Below are positions 1 through 10,271 of a stretch of 64,000 nucleotides of DNA, piece by piece. A program made the position numbers and the translations under genes. Each line of letters begins with the position of its first letter. The stretch's first letter is position 1. Under the pieces are notes generated by a model that ran no database searches, was not told the origin of the DNA, and saw only the letters and a program-made list of their open reading frames with translations. Origin of the DNA: Chrysemys picta bellii (lineage: Eukaryota); assembly GCF_011386835.1 (NCBI RefSeq), contig NC_088795.1:76446001-76510000 (forward strand), given 5' to 3'.

Positions 1-1628
1 TCCCAGGCAACGACAAGTACAGACAGTACCGCTAAGGGGCCAGCACTCTGACCAAGCTGAAGACACAGAGAGTGCCAAATAGTACAGGGAAAACCAGCAT
101 GGGACCGTCAGGAGAAGGTTCTTATACAAAAGGTGGAATCACTTCCAGACCCAGGAGCTACAGAACCAGTCCCCACTCAGCACATCTAGAGAGGCTTCTA
201 TTCAAGATAGTTCCTCATCCCAAAGACAAAAGGCTTATCCTGGACCTAAGGCTTCTAAACTCTTACATTCAAAATCTGAAGTTCAGGATGGTCACCCACT
301 CTTTAATAATCCCATCCCAGAATCAAGGCAACTGGTTTACAACTCTTGATCTCAAAAATGCTATTTTCATAAAGACAGTCATTCAACACACAGGAGATTC
401 CTGAGGTTTGTCATAGGTATAAACAATCATCAATACAGAGTGCTTCCATTCAGACTATTGACAGCACCGAGTGTATTCATAAAGGTGCTAATGGTTATGG
501 TAGCCCATCTATGGCCTCAGGGCATTGCAGTCTTGCTTACCTGGACAACTGGCTCATCAATGGTCAATAATACCAGAGCATACAAGAGGCCACACACCTG
601 GTGAGGTGTCTTTCAATATCTCAGCCTCAGATTAAACAGCAAAAGTCCATTTTAGCCCTGACACAGAAGATGGAATTCATTGAATCGAGACCGGATTCAA
701 TCACTGCAAGGGCATACTACTACTTCAAGTGATGTCACTGGGGGTGCTCCATTTCAGGTGTCGGTGCGTCCCTGGGCTGTTGATCGGAGAGGTCTCATGG
801 TGGATCCACCATATACTGTCTTTCATCATGATAAAGTGTCCTTGAGGATCAATCCTAAGTTCATTCTGAAGGTTGTCTTTGGGTTCTATTTGAATCAGGT
901 CATTCATCTTCCTGCGTTTTATTCAAAATCACATAACAGCAGAAAAGAATTTAAGCTACGCTTGTTAGATATATGTAGAGCATTGACTTTCTATCTAGAC
1001 AAGGCTAAACTGTTCAGACGGTCTCCCAAACTGTTCACGTCCTTTAATGAAAGGTAATGCTGTTTCTACCCAAAGACTGTCCAAATGGATCTCAGGATGC
1101 ATAACCAAATAAGGTTTCAGTTCCTGTGAGGACACATTCAAAAAGAGTCCAGACAGTATCTATGGCTGTGCTCAATAATGTCTCCATCCTAGATATCTGC
1201 AAAGCTGCGACATAGGGTTCTATAAATACCTTCACTCAGCACTATACATTAGTACAAACACCTGCTTCAAATGCTGCTGTGGGTACTCCAAGCACCTATA
1301 TCCTGACTGCAATTATTGCTTAGAAGTCACCAGAAGTGGAATTCATATAGGGACAAACACCTGAAGAAAGAAGTTACTTACCTTGTACAGTAACTTGAGT
1401 TGTCCATATATTCTACTACCCGCCCTACTTCCCCTCTGCTCAGAGACCATTTTTCAAGGTTAAGTGGTAGAGAAGGAACTGGAGTGGCAGTTGGCCAGCA
1501 GCACCCTTTATACCCTCAGTAGGGAGCATTAAGGTGGGGTAGGGCCTCATAGGCAGGCCAGCAGATGCTACAAATGAAAACTTCCCTATCTCAGACATAT
1601 TGTGTGCATGCACAACTGGAAGTGGAAA
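1..1628 (+). mobile_element. DIRS-type tyrosine-recombinase retrotransposon, degraded 3' portion (starts left of window)
   Basis: Broken frames give RT motifs (RLILDLRLLN, WFTTLDLKNA, LPFRLLTAP, YLDNW) and YR motifs (DPPYTVFHHDKVSLR, LDICRALTFYL). An ICR-like segment at about 1330-1395 and an ITR-like segment at about 1470-1628 resemble the termini of the other two DIRS copies. Many stops and frameshifts. Confidence 0.85.
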
Positions 1629-2488
1629 TGAAATGATTCCTTGATTACTATTAGACTATCTCATTCATATTATTATTCTATCCAAGTTAAAAGCTTACCT
1701 CTTTTTCTAGAGTTTGTAGATGTTAGATTGGAGACTCTCCATGTAAAAATGCTCTGTAACAATTGTTTGTACAGAGATTATCTTGTAAATCCAGACTGGC
1801 TTGTTGGAAGTCTTTTCTGGTGCCCAGTGGAAAGAAAAATACATTATTTTCTCTTAAAAGCATCTGGCATACAAGAGTCTTTAGATCACAATAATTTGAC
1901 TTACAATATGAAATAGTAAAACATCAAATAATTTTAAACTAAGTTATTTTGAATTTTAGGGCACAATCTTTAAAACTAAATAAAACAGCATAATTGATAT
2001 TTCCATATATAAATATGGTAGTTAGATTTTAATTATTTATTATACATGCATGAACACTTACCATTTAAAATATTTTGAATATATATTAGCATGCATGTAT
2101 GTGACTACTAATAGCTGCTGCTCTCCTCTGAACAAGCTTTGTTCCTGTGCAATAGAGAGGACTCATAATAGTTTTTATGAAATATCACCCATGCTTAGCT
2201 AGTTTGTGTAAATAGTAAAATATCACTGGACGTAGATATTGTAAATATAACTTTTTTTTAATAGCTCAGCCTAGATATTTTAACCAGATACAAAAAGTTC
2301 ACTGCTGCCTCACTTACACTTTCTTTCATAAAATCACTTATTTTTATTGGATAGGAATTCTAGTTCTGGATTTCCAGAAACTATTTTAAGAACCACCATT
2401 CACGTTGTTGAGCTGTGGTTGGTTTGTACAGACTGGGTCATAAAATAATCAATTAAACATTCTCACCACTATATAATACAATTTTCAT

Positions 2489-2494
2489 TTTATT
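2489..2494 (-). terminator. VEGFC: Polyadenylation signal AATAAA of VEGFC
   Basis: Plus-strand tttatt reads AATAAA on the minus strand, about 375 nt past the stop codon. Confidence 0.75.
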
Positions 2495-2526
2495 TAAACA
2501 TATTTTGCATGATATAAAAATATTGA

Positions 2527-2534
2527 TCACAGTG
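2527..2534 (-). promoter_or_regulatory. Candidate miR-128 (8mer) / miR-27 (7mer-m8) seed site CACUGUGA in VEGFC 3' UTR
   Basis: Plus tcacagtg reads CACTGTGA on the mRNA strand, complementary to the miR-128 seed CACAGUG and the miR-27 seed UCACAGU. Function is inferred only. Confidence 0.5.
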
Positions 2535-2866
2535 AGCTTTAACAATTGTTACTGCTATAAACAGGAATGCTGCACAATGTTTTTAGTGGAAATAAATTAT
2601 ATAGTCATTATCTCTTTAAAAAAAAATCACAAGGAGGAAAACCAAGGCTGTTTTGTCATTGGCAGAAAACAAGTCCTTAGTGAGTTCTTTACACAACATG
2701 AGCCCCATTATTGTCTACATGTGCTTTCCACATTTCTTGGGGAAAAAGCACGTGTCTGTCTCTGTGAATCCCACAGTGTCTCTGGTGCACAGTTAATTCC
2801 AATGTTAACGCAGTTGTTTTTTTAATGGAAAAATGTACACCAAAATGGCAAGTAGTGCTTTCTTCA

Positions 2867-2981
2867 CTAATTAATAAGCGGTCTTTTCCAATATGTGGGT
2901 ACGCAACGGCACACTTCTTCACTATAATAAAATCCAGGCTCACAGCGTTTCGTTCTAACTGTACACGGTGGTCTGTAGCAA
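2867..2981 (-). CDS. VEGFC: VEGF-C, last coding exon (exon 7)
   Basis: Acceptor ttccttcctccAG. Translates (S)CYRPPCTVRTKRCEPGFYYSEEVCRCVPTYWKRPLIN* over 115 nt; phase matches exon 6. Confidence 0.97.
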
Positions 2982-5110
2982 CTGGAGGAAGGAAACAAAA
3001 AGCCATTGGTAAAATGGGGCAGGCACAAGAATCAAAGAGAAATATACATCTGACTGCGTACACTTATGCTGCACTTATACCAGAGAACACTTAAATCCTA
3101 TAAAGATATATTTTATTGGAGATGGGTCTGAGTATTACATATGTGCATGAATATTCCTTATCTTCCATTTCTGTGAACTTTCTTGCAATGAAAAGCAAAT
3201 AAATAGGGTTACAAATACTGCTGAGGTGACTCTGTGGTTTTATTCAAATGAATATTCATTAATACTTACTTACCCAGCTCTAATTACATTCTAAGCTAGA
3301 GTACACGTTGGTATATTATTCTGGCAAATACTTCTAACATTTTTTTCTAGTAGGCAACTCTGTTTAGTATGCCACTACTGAATGTCTCCTAGCTTGAGCC
3401 AGCATTCCCTAACGAGTTGATGTTACAGGCCAGAATACTTTACTTTTTTCTGTATATTTACCAGCTATTTTCATAATAGAAAAGATGGATTTTCTATACT
3501 ATGACCCTAATCCTGCACTGAGAACTGCACAGGGAAAACCTGTATACTTCCACAGATCCCCAGTGAGTTCAGTGGGAGTCTGTTTGCTGTATTGCACCGT
3601 GTGATTTTTATTGTAGGATCCAGGCCCATATGTATATGGTAAATTTTAAAGGAAAAGAAAGGGTAACAATAACAATAATATTAACTGAAATAACTTTAAT
3701 GAAAATAGATCATTAAACTACAGATTACATCTATAAACAAGATGTTCCTCATTAGTGGATATTTGCTTGTACAAGGAGTTGTACAAAGCTAATTTCTTGG
3801 CTTCTCTCCCCCCACCTCATTTTTTTTTTAACAGCTTGACCTAAAATAACCTTACAATAACAATGCCAAATAACCTCTGGTGTGTAATGGAGACAAAGTA
3901 CTAGTCTGTGGCTTTTTTCAGACATTGGCAGCGACTCGAGAGAAAAGTATATGTTTCAAGTTTCAACAGTTATATTTTAAACTTGTCTTTAAATAATGTG
4001 TCTCTGTTTTATGAAACATACTGGTATAATGATGTTCTATTGTAATAATTCTTGCTATATATTTCTGTTTACAGATACTACATAATATACTATTGAGGTA
4101 CTTTTAATATTCTCTTCCCCAGGCAATTGTTTCTGTTTTTTAGACTATGCATACTCTAATTATCATTGCAGATGGTTTAGCACATTGCATGGTTATTTTG
4201 GACACTGACTTGCCACTTTACAGTAATGTGTTTATAAAATGAGATACTGGATTACAGTTACGTGAATGCAAGCCAATTAATTAAACCAATGAACATGAAT
4301 ATGAAGAAATCAGTAAAGAATGAGGAAGACACAGCAGTAATGGTAGTTATTGACTAGCCATATCTTGTTCAGATATTTCAGTGTAATTTGTCACAGTGGT
4401 CTGATTCATTAGCAGGTTTTATGTAATTCCGAGGTTCATGTTATATCATGTCACTTAGGACAAACTCTAGAGTTATCTCGGAAAAATTTAACGACTTTCA
4501 TGGAATTTCTGTAAAAGATCACATTGATCCTTTTGCCTAATGCTAAACATTTTGTAAAATATACAACACCTGAAGTTTGGGGTGAGGGTGTTAATGTTGG
4601 AAAGGTGTTGAGGATGCTGAAGCAAGAGAGGCAGAGCTGACCCCTAACCAAAATAATGTGGCTCTTTGATAGAAATGCACCTATCCTCCTGTATACCATC
4701 CCTGATAGTGCCAGCAAAAAAAGAATCAGGAATAAGTTTGGACTGGGAAAATTAATCTTCTGTGGATACAAAAATGGGGGTGAAGTGGATGTAGAATTTG
4801 CCTTCTGAGCTGCATGTTACAATGATGTTTTGTCCTTCTATAGTGCCTTTCATTTAAAGATTTCAAAGCGTTTGTCTGAATTCCCACTAGAAGGTCATAC
4901 CATCTGAAGCACTGATCTTTAAGGCAAAGCCAAAAAACTTACCTATTTGCATGTTGCATTTCCCAGGATGCCTAACCCTAGCAAAGCAGTTGGGCAACAT
5001 AAATGAAAAAAATAGTAGATAAGGGCTGTCAAACAGACAGGATACTGCCGTCTGGATGCTTTCATCTGGGCCACAGATCTCTCTGCCTTCATCAAAACAA
5101 TCTGGCATTA

Positions 5111-5359
5111 GGCCTGATCTACACTTAAGTTAGGCCAACATAGCTATGTCAGTCAGGGGTGTGAAAAATCCACAACCCTGACCAATATAGCTATAGTGAC
5201 CTAACCTCCAATGTTGATGGAAGAATTCTTCCATCGGTGTAGCTACCATTGGTTGGGGATGTGGTGTTCCTACACCCTTCCATCATTGTTGGCAGTATCT
5301 ACGCTATGTGGTTGCTGGCATAATTACGGCAACCTAGCTATGCTGATAGTCTGTATAGG
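5111..5359. mobile_element. PIF/Harbinger-type MITE, degraded
   Basis: Left end tta|ggcctgatctacact resembles the GGSTATGTCTACACT TIR seen elsewhere in the window. It has internal inverted segments, and the right end is decayed before taa. Confidence 0.5.
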
Positions 5360-5399
5360 TAAGAGTGTGAGGGAAGAACAGTTAGTTATAGATGGTGTT

Positions 5400-6905
5400 G
5401 ATATTGTTACCTATTGTTAAGGTTGAGCAATACTTCTCATTCTAAGACAGTGCTTTCAGTTGCTTATAACTCTGTCAAACCTTAACCATCTGGACTGATT
5501 TTATGCATCAAGTGTCTGCCTCAACCTGACTCTTTTTCAGAAAAATTCAGCCAAAATGCTTCAGGCATTTCTGAGAATGAGGCTAGGGGCAAACAACTTT
5601 TCCCCATGTTAAAAAAAAAATTCTGGGGACCTTTCTTTCAAGCAGCTCTACATGTCCCCATGCTTTGGAGCAGGTCCTAGCAATTTACTGGGGGAATCAC
5701 CTTGTCTCAAGGATGTGCCTTTTGCCATCCCCAAAAGGGATTCTGCCTGTATCATTCCAACTTACAAGCCTTAGAAAAATCATAACAGGCGCATGCCCAA
5801 TAGAAGAGAACTAGAATCTCAGAAGATTCTGTCCTCATGGAGCATGTTTGATCCTTTCACAACTCTTAGTGCTGACCAGACTGCCCATGTGCTGCCATCC
5901 CCACAGAGTGACCAGGCCTGCTCCAGCCTACATTTTTACAAGGGCAAAGCCAGACTTTCCCTGTAAATGCTGCTTCCAGCTTCTCTGAGCTGGGAGATTG
6001 GGCCTAGGCTGTGGAATTAAGAGAAGGTAGCCCAAATCTCCTGTACCCTGGCAGCATGGAGGAGGGGGCAGTCTGGTTAAAGTGCTGAAGCAGGGGGAAG
6101 GGAAAGGAGTAAATTGGGACCAGGAATCTGGTGAGACTGGGACTGGAGAGGGGGAGACAAGCTGGGACTGAGTGGACAAGGAGACTGGAGCTGGGGGGAA
6201 GAGGCTGCAAATAGGACTTGCTGGGCAAAGAGGCAGATTAGGAAATGGGAGCTGGTGGGGACACAGAGCTGGGAAGGGAAACCGAGAGGGATACTGGGAG
6301 CCAGTTGGCTGGGGGAACACTGAGATTGGGTGAGGGGTAGGAAGACAGATGTGACAAGGAGGTGTGTGGGGGGAGAACTGGGACTGATTGGACAAAGAGA
6401 CTGGGCCAGGGAGTGGAGGTGGGGAAAGAAATGTCAGGTGAGGAGCCAGGAGTGGGGACCTGGGACTGGCTGGGCAAGGTGACTAGGACTGTGGAGGGAG
6501 AGAGACTGGAAATTGGGACTCTGACAGTGTGGGGATACCACCTCCCGCTCCTCTCCTTACAGAAATGTGAAGCACTAGGATACTATAGTGAAGAACACCA
6601 TAGAAAAGCACATGAGGAAGTGAATAACTGTTTTCAGAGCAGGGTTTGAATGAATGGTATGCGGTAAATAAGGCACTGGACAATGAGGAGAAAACAAAAT
6701 ATTGAATAGCTGCTCATTAATTGAGCACTGTCCAGCCTGTGCGCTGACCAAGGCAGGAGTCCTCTGGCAAATACAGTATGTGGCTCTACAATTAAAGACT
6801 GTATCATAATGCACATGCACAAGGGGGTTGCACAGGCAAACTTAATTCTGGCATTTCCTAACTTTTGAGTGCTTGACTTTGCAACCTTAATATTCTTTTA
6901 ATGTT
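5400..6905. repeat. Unclassified turtle-type interspersed repeat with G-rich gggactgg/ctgggcaag modules
   Basis: Related sequence lies in reverse orientation at about 27050-27560. The tail tctggcatttcctaacttttgagtgcttgactttgcaacct recurs at about 36050-36090. Boundaries approximate. Confidence 0.5.
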
Positions 6906-7224
6906 GTTTTCTGGTGCATAACACCGCTAAAGAGGCACATTCTGTGGTTGGAGAAGATCACTAAATGTATCTCTTACCAGTGAACTTTATTCCTGTGGTG
7001 CATGGACCACAATTCAAAGTGTAATTTGCACTGCACCCCAGAAGGAATTTATACTAGACACTGATGACCTTTAGCCCCCATCCTACAGGGTGCCAAATGC
7101 CTGGTGGTAATTGCCTTTATTTCCTATTAAGTCAGGGATGAGGAGTGGCCAGAAGCTGTTGCTGAACATAGAATGGAGGGAGTAGAGATGTACCATGTGA
7201 GCTGTATTTTGATATGTTTGTCAT

Positions 7225-7325
7225 TTTAGATATTAAAATCTTCAGGGCAGGATCCATATTCTATTCTATATCCACCAGTGCTGTTTGGGGCATTTTAGGT
7301 GCTGCCAGAATATTTATAAATAAAT
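7225..7325 (+). mobile_element. L2-like LINE 3' tail fragment
   Basis: aaatcttcagggcagg...ggggcattttaggtgctgcc...aaataaa resembles the L2 3' end pattern (recognition from memory). Confidence 0.35.
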
Positions 7326-7484
7326 TAAAATGTTAATTTTGTAACCATTTCAATGGTTTTAGGTAACTGAATAAATATGTATCTCATACTATGAATATTT
7401 ATTATTACTATTATTACTACTAGTATTAATGAACTTAGTGATTTCTCCAAGCTGTATTATCTGAGTTATATCTGCTTAGCTTTA

Positions 7485-7487
<3 letters not shown>

Positions 7488-7519
<32 letters not shown>
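7488..7519. repeat. A32 homopolymer (T32 on the VEGFC/DIRS strand) abutting the DIRS 3' terminus
   Basis: Seen directly: 32 consecutive A between tttactt and gacagttacc. Confidence 0.95.
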
Positions 7520-7521
<2 letters not shown>

Positions 7522-7768
7522 CAGTTACCTGTTCCGTAACTGGTGTTCTTCTAGATGTGTTGCTCATGTCTATTCCACAGTAGGTGTGTGTACTCACCAT
7601 GTGCACTGGTGCCAGAAGTTTTTCCCTTAGCAGTACCTGTACTGGGAGAGCACCACTGCGACCCCTGGAGTGGTGCCTCTATATCGCGCTATAAGGGGAG
7701 CTGAGTGCTTCCCCCACCCTCAGTTCCTTCTTGCCGGACAACTCTGACAGAGGGGAAGGAGGGCGGGA

Positions 7769-7870
7769 TGTGGAATAGACATGAGCAACACATCACGAAG
7801 AACAGATGTTATGGAACAGGTAACTGTCTTTTCTTCTTCGAGTGATTGCTCATGTGTATTCCACAGGTGA
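7769..7870. repeat. DIRS internal complementary region (ICR)
   Basis: 7769-7828 is the reverse complement of 7520-7579 (about 6 mismatches in 60). 7830-7866 is a perfect 37-nt reverse complement of 12294-12330. The halves join at tttt. Confidence 0.92.
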
Positions 7871-7903
7871 TTCCAAGCTATATCTGTTGGAGGTGGGTAG
7901 GAG

Positions 7904-8925
7904 TTATGAGTTCCCAGGATGCAGAACCACCCTACCGAACCCGGCATCATCCCTAGTTTGGGAGACGATCGCATAATGTGAAGTAAACGTGTGAACTGAG
8001 GCCCAAGTAGCCTCCCTACAGATGTCCTGGATAGGGACATGGGCTACCTACGCAGCCGATTAGGCCTGAGCCCTCGTAGAGTGCGCCCTGATGATCGGGG
8101 GCAGGGGAACCCCTGCCAGATCATAGCACGTGCGAATGCACGAGGTGATCCAGCGGGAAAGACGCCGTGTAGAGATTGGTTACTCCTTCACACGCTTGGC
8201 CGAGGCAACAAAAAGTTGCGAGGATTTCCTGAATGGCTTGGTCCGATTCAGATGAAAGGCCAGCGCCCTACGCACATCGAGCATGTGAAGGCGGCGTTCC
8301 TTGTTGGAGGAATGGGGCTTAGGACAGAGCAAGGGAAGAAAGACAGGTTCTGTTCCATATGGAAGGTGGAGACCACCTTCGGGAGAAATGCTGGATGAGG
8401 GCGAAGCTGGACTTTATCCCTCTGGAAGACCGTATATGGGGGTTCCGAGGTCAGGGCCCTGAGTTCCAAGACACGACAGGCCGAAGTGATTGATACAAGG
8501 AAGGCTACCTTCCATGAGAGGTGAGGCCAGAAACACGTAGCCAAGGGCTCAAAGGGAAGCCCAGTGAGGTGGGACAACACCAGGTTTAGGTCCCATTGCA
8601 GCACAGAGGGTCTAGCATAAGGGAATGAACGGTCAAGGCCTCTCAGGAAGCGGGAGGTCAGAGAATGAGAAAAGACCGAGTGCCCTTGCACTGGTGGGTG
8701 GAAGGCCGATACGGCCGCCAGGTGTACCCTGACAGAGGCGGGTGCCAACCCTTGGGTCCTAAGGGACAGGAGGTACTCAAGGATGAGCTGGAGCGGTGCG
8801 GACGACGGGGAGGCTCCCCGCTCCCCCGCCCACCTGGAGAATCTGGACCACTTCGCCAAGTATGTCCAGCGTGTGGACGGCTTCCTACTTTCCAGGAGGA
8901 CCCGCCTGACCTCCTCCGAACACCT
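7904..8925 (-). pseudogene. DIRS tyrosine recombinase (disrupted)
   Basis: ORF 8248-8859 has KVAFLVSITSACRVLELRAL and PPYTVFQRDKVQLRPHPAFLPKVVS. After a frameshift come HSTR (8072-8083), TWAS and FTSHY (catalytic Tyr 7973-7975). Two in-frame stops follow HSTR. Confidence 0.9.
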
Positions 8926-8931
8926 CTTCGT

Positions 8932-9779
8932 CTAGCCACTGAGCAGCCACGCTGGCAGGTGGAGTGTGGCCAGATTGGGATGGAGGAGGTGGCCTCCGTC
9001 CTGAGAAAGGAGGTCCGGGAGAAGTGGCAGCCTCCTCAGAGGGGCCGCCAAAAGGTGCAGGAGGGTCCCATACCAGTGTTGGCGGGCCCACGCTGGGGCT
9101 ATAAGGATGACATGCACTTTGTCTGTCTTTACTTTTTGCAGGACTTTGCTGATGAGGGGAAACGGTGGGAAAGCGTAGAAAAGCCGGCCTGACCACTGCA
9201 GGAGAAGGCATCTGAGATTGCGCCCCTCTCTACTACCCCCTTGGAGTAGAACCGGGGGCAACGCCGATTCTGGCGGGTTGTGAAGAGGTGGACCTGAGGA
9301 GCTCCCCACTCTCAGAAGAGCCGGTGAGTGACCTCCGAATGGAGCAACCACTTGTACTGGGGGGAGAAAACCCTCCTGAGGTGATCGGCTTGTGTACTGC
9401 AGATGCCTGGTAAGTGGAACGCCCTCAGGGAGATATCGTGGGCTATACAAAACTCCCATAGGCTCAGGGCTTCCCAGCAGAGGGCCGAGGAACGAGTCCC
9501 GCCTTGCCTGTTGATATAGTACATTACGGTGGTATTGTCGGTCAGGACTCTGACCACTTTGCCGCGAAGGTGCATGTTGAAGGCAACACATGCCAACCGC
9601 ATTGCCCTGAGCTCCTTGACATTTATGTGGAGGGACAAGTCCGAGGTTGACCCCATCCCCTGGGTTTGCATGTTCCCTGTGTGAGCTCCCCAGGCCAAGT
9701 CTGACACATCGGACACCAGGTCTAAAGATGGGGTCACCTCCCGAAAGGGAATCCCTTGCAGCATATTGCTTGGGTAAGA
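8932..9779 (-). pseudogene. DIRS RNase H and DNA adenine-methyltransferase-like domains (disrupted)
   Basis: INVKELRA, VRVLTDNTTVMYYINRQGG and HLPGICSTQADHL (RNase H); YAFPPFPLISKVLQKV and VILIAPAWARQHWY (DIRS MT-like domain). Stops and frameshifts present. Confidence 0.87.
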
Positions 9780-10271
9780 CTACCATTGTAGGTAGGCAAG
9801 TATCTGGGATGGCACCGTGAGAACCTTGTCTAGCTCGTCCCGGGCCTGGGAGAACTGGGAGGCTAGCCAGAGCTGGAGGGGCCTCAGCTGGAGCCTGGCG
9901 TGGCGGACCACATACATGCATGCCGCCATGTGCTCCAGGATCTGAAGGCATGCTCTCACCATTTTCACTGGGAAAGCCGTGACCGAGGCGATGAGATCTT
10001 TTAGGGCCTTGAACCTGCTCAGTGGGAGAGAGGCTGTGGCCCTTGAGGAGTCCAGCAGTGCCCCAATGAACTCTATGCGCTCCACTGGAACTAATGTTGA
10101 CTTGGTCTCCTTCACCACTAGGCTGAGATCAATGTATGTGGACAGGAGCAGCTCCACATGGGCCCTTACCTGGGACCGAGAGTTGCCCTTGAGAAGCCAA
10201 TCATCCAGGTATGGAAAGATCTGTACCCCCTCCCGTCTGAGGTAGGCCGCTACCACAGCCATGCACTTTGT
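9780..10271 (-). pseudogene. DIRS reverse transcriptase, C-terminal half only
   Basis: TKCMAVVAAYLRREGVQIFPYLDDWLL (YLDD at 10200-10211) and IEFIGALLDS. The N-terminal RT motifs are absent and the frame is joined directly to gag at about 10270. Confidence 0.9.

Larger units (their letters stand above)
2473..2866 (-). other. VEGFC: VEGFC 3' UTR (approximate 3' end)
   Basis: Follows the TAG at 2867-2869 and contains AATAAA at 2489-2494. The distal part resembles the end of mammalian VEGFC mRNA as I recall it (inference, needs alignment). Confidence 0.75.

Noticed and set aside
2689-3063. 124-aa minus-strand ORF and 89-aa plus-strand ORF over exon 7
   Set aside because: These are alternative-frame or antisense reads of VEGFC exon 7; the spliced frame gives the true protein.
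5928-6649. Pro/Ser-rich and Gly-rich ORFs
   Set aside because: They arise from low-complexity G-rich repeat modules with no domain signature, and are open in several frames on both strands.
7488-7519. A32 as a retrotransposon poly(A) tail
   Set aside because: It is T on the sense strand of the adjacent minus-strand DIRS, DIRS elements lack poly(A) tails, and no plus-strand LINE/SINE ends immediately before it.
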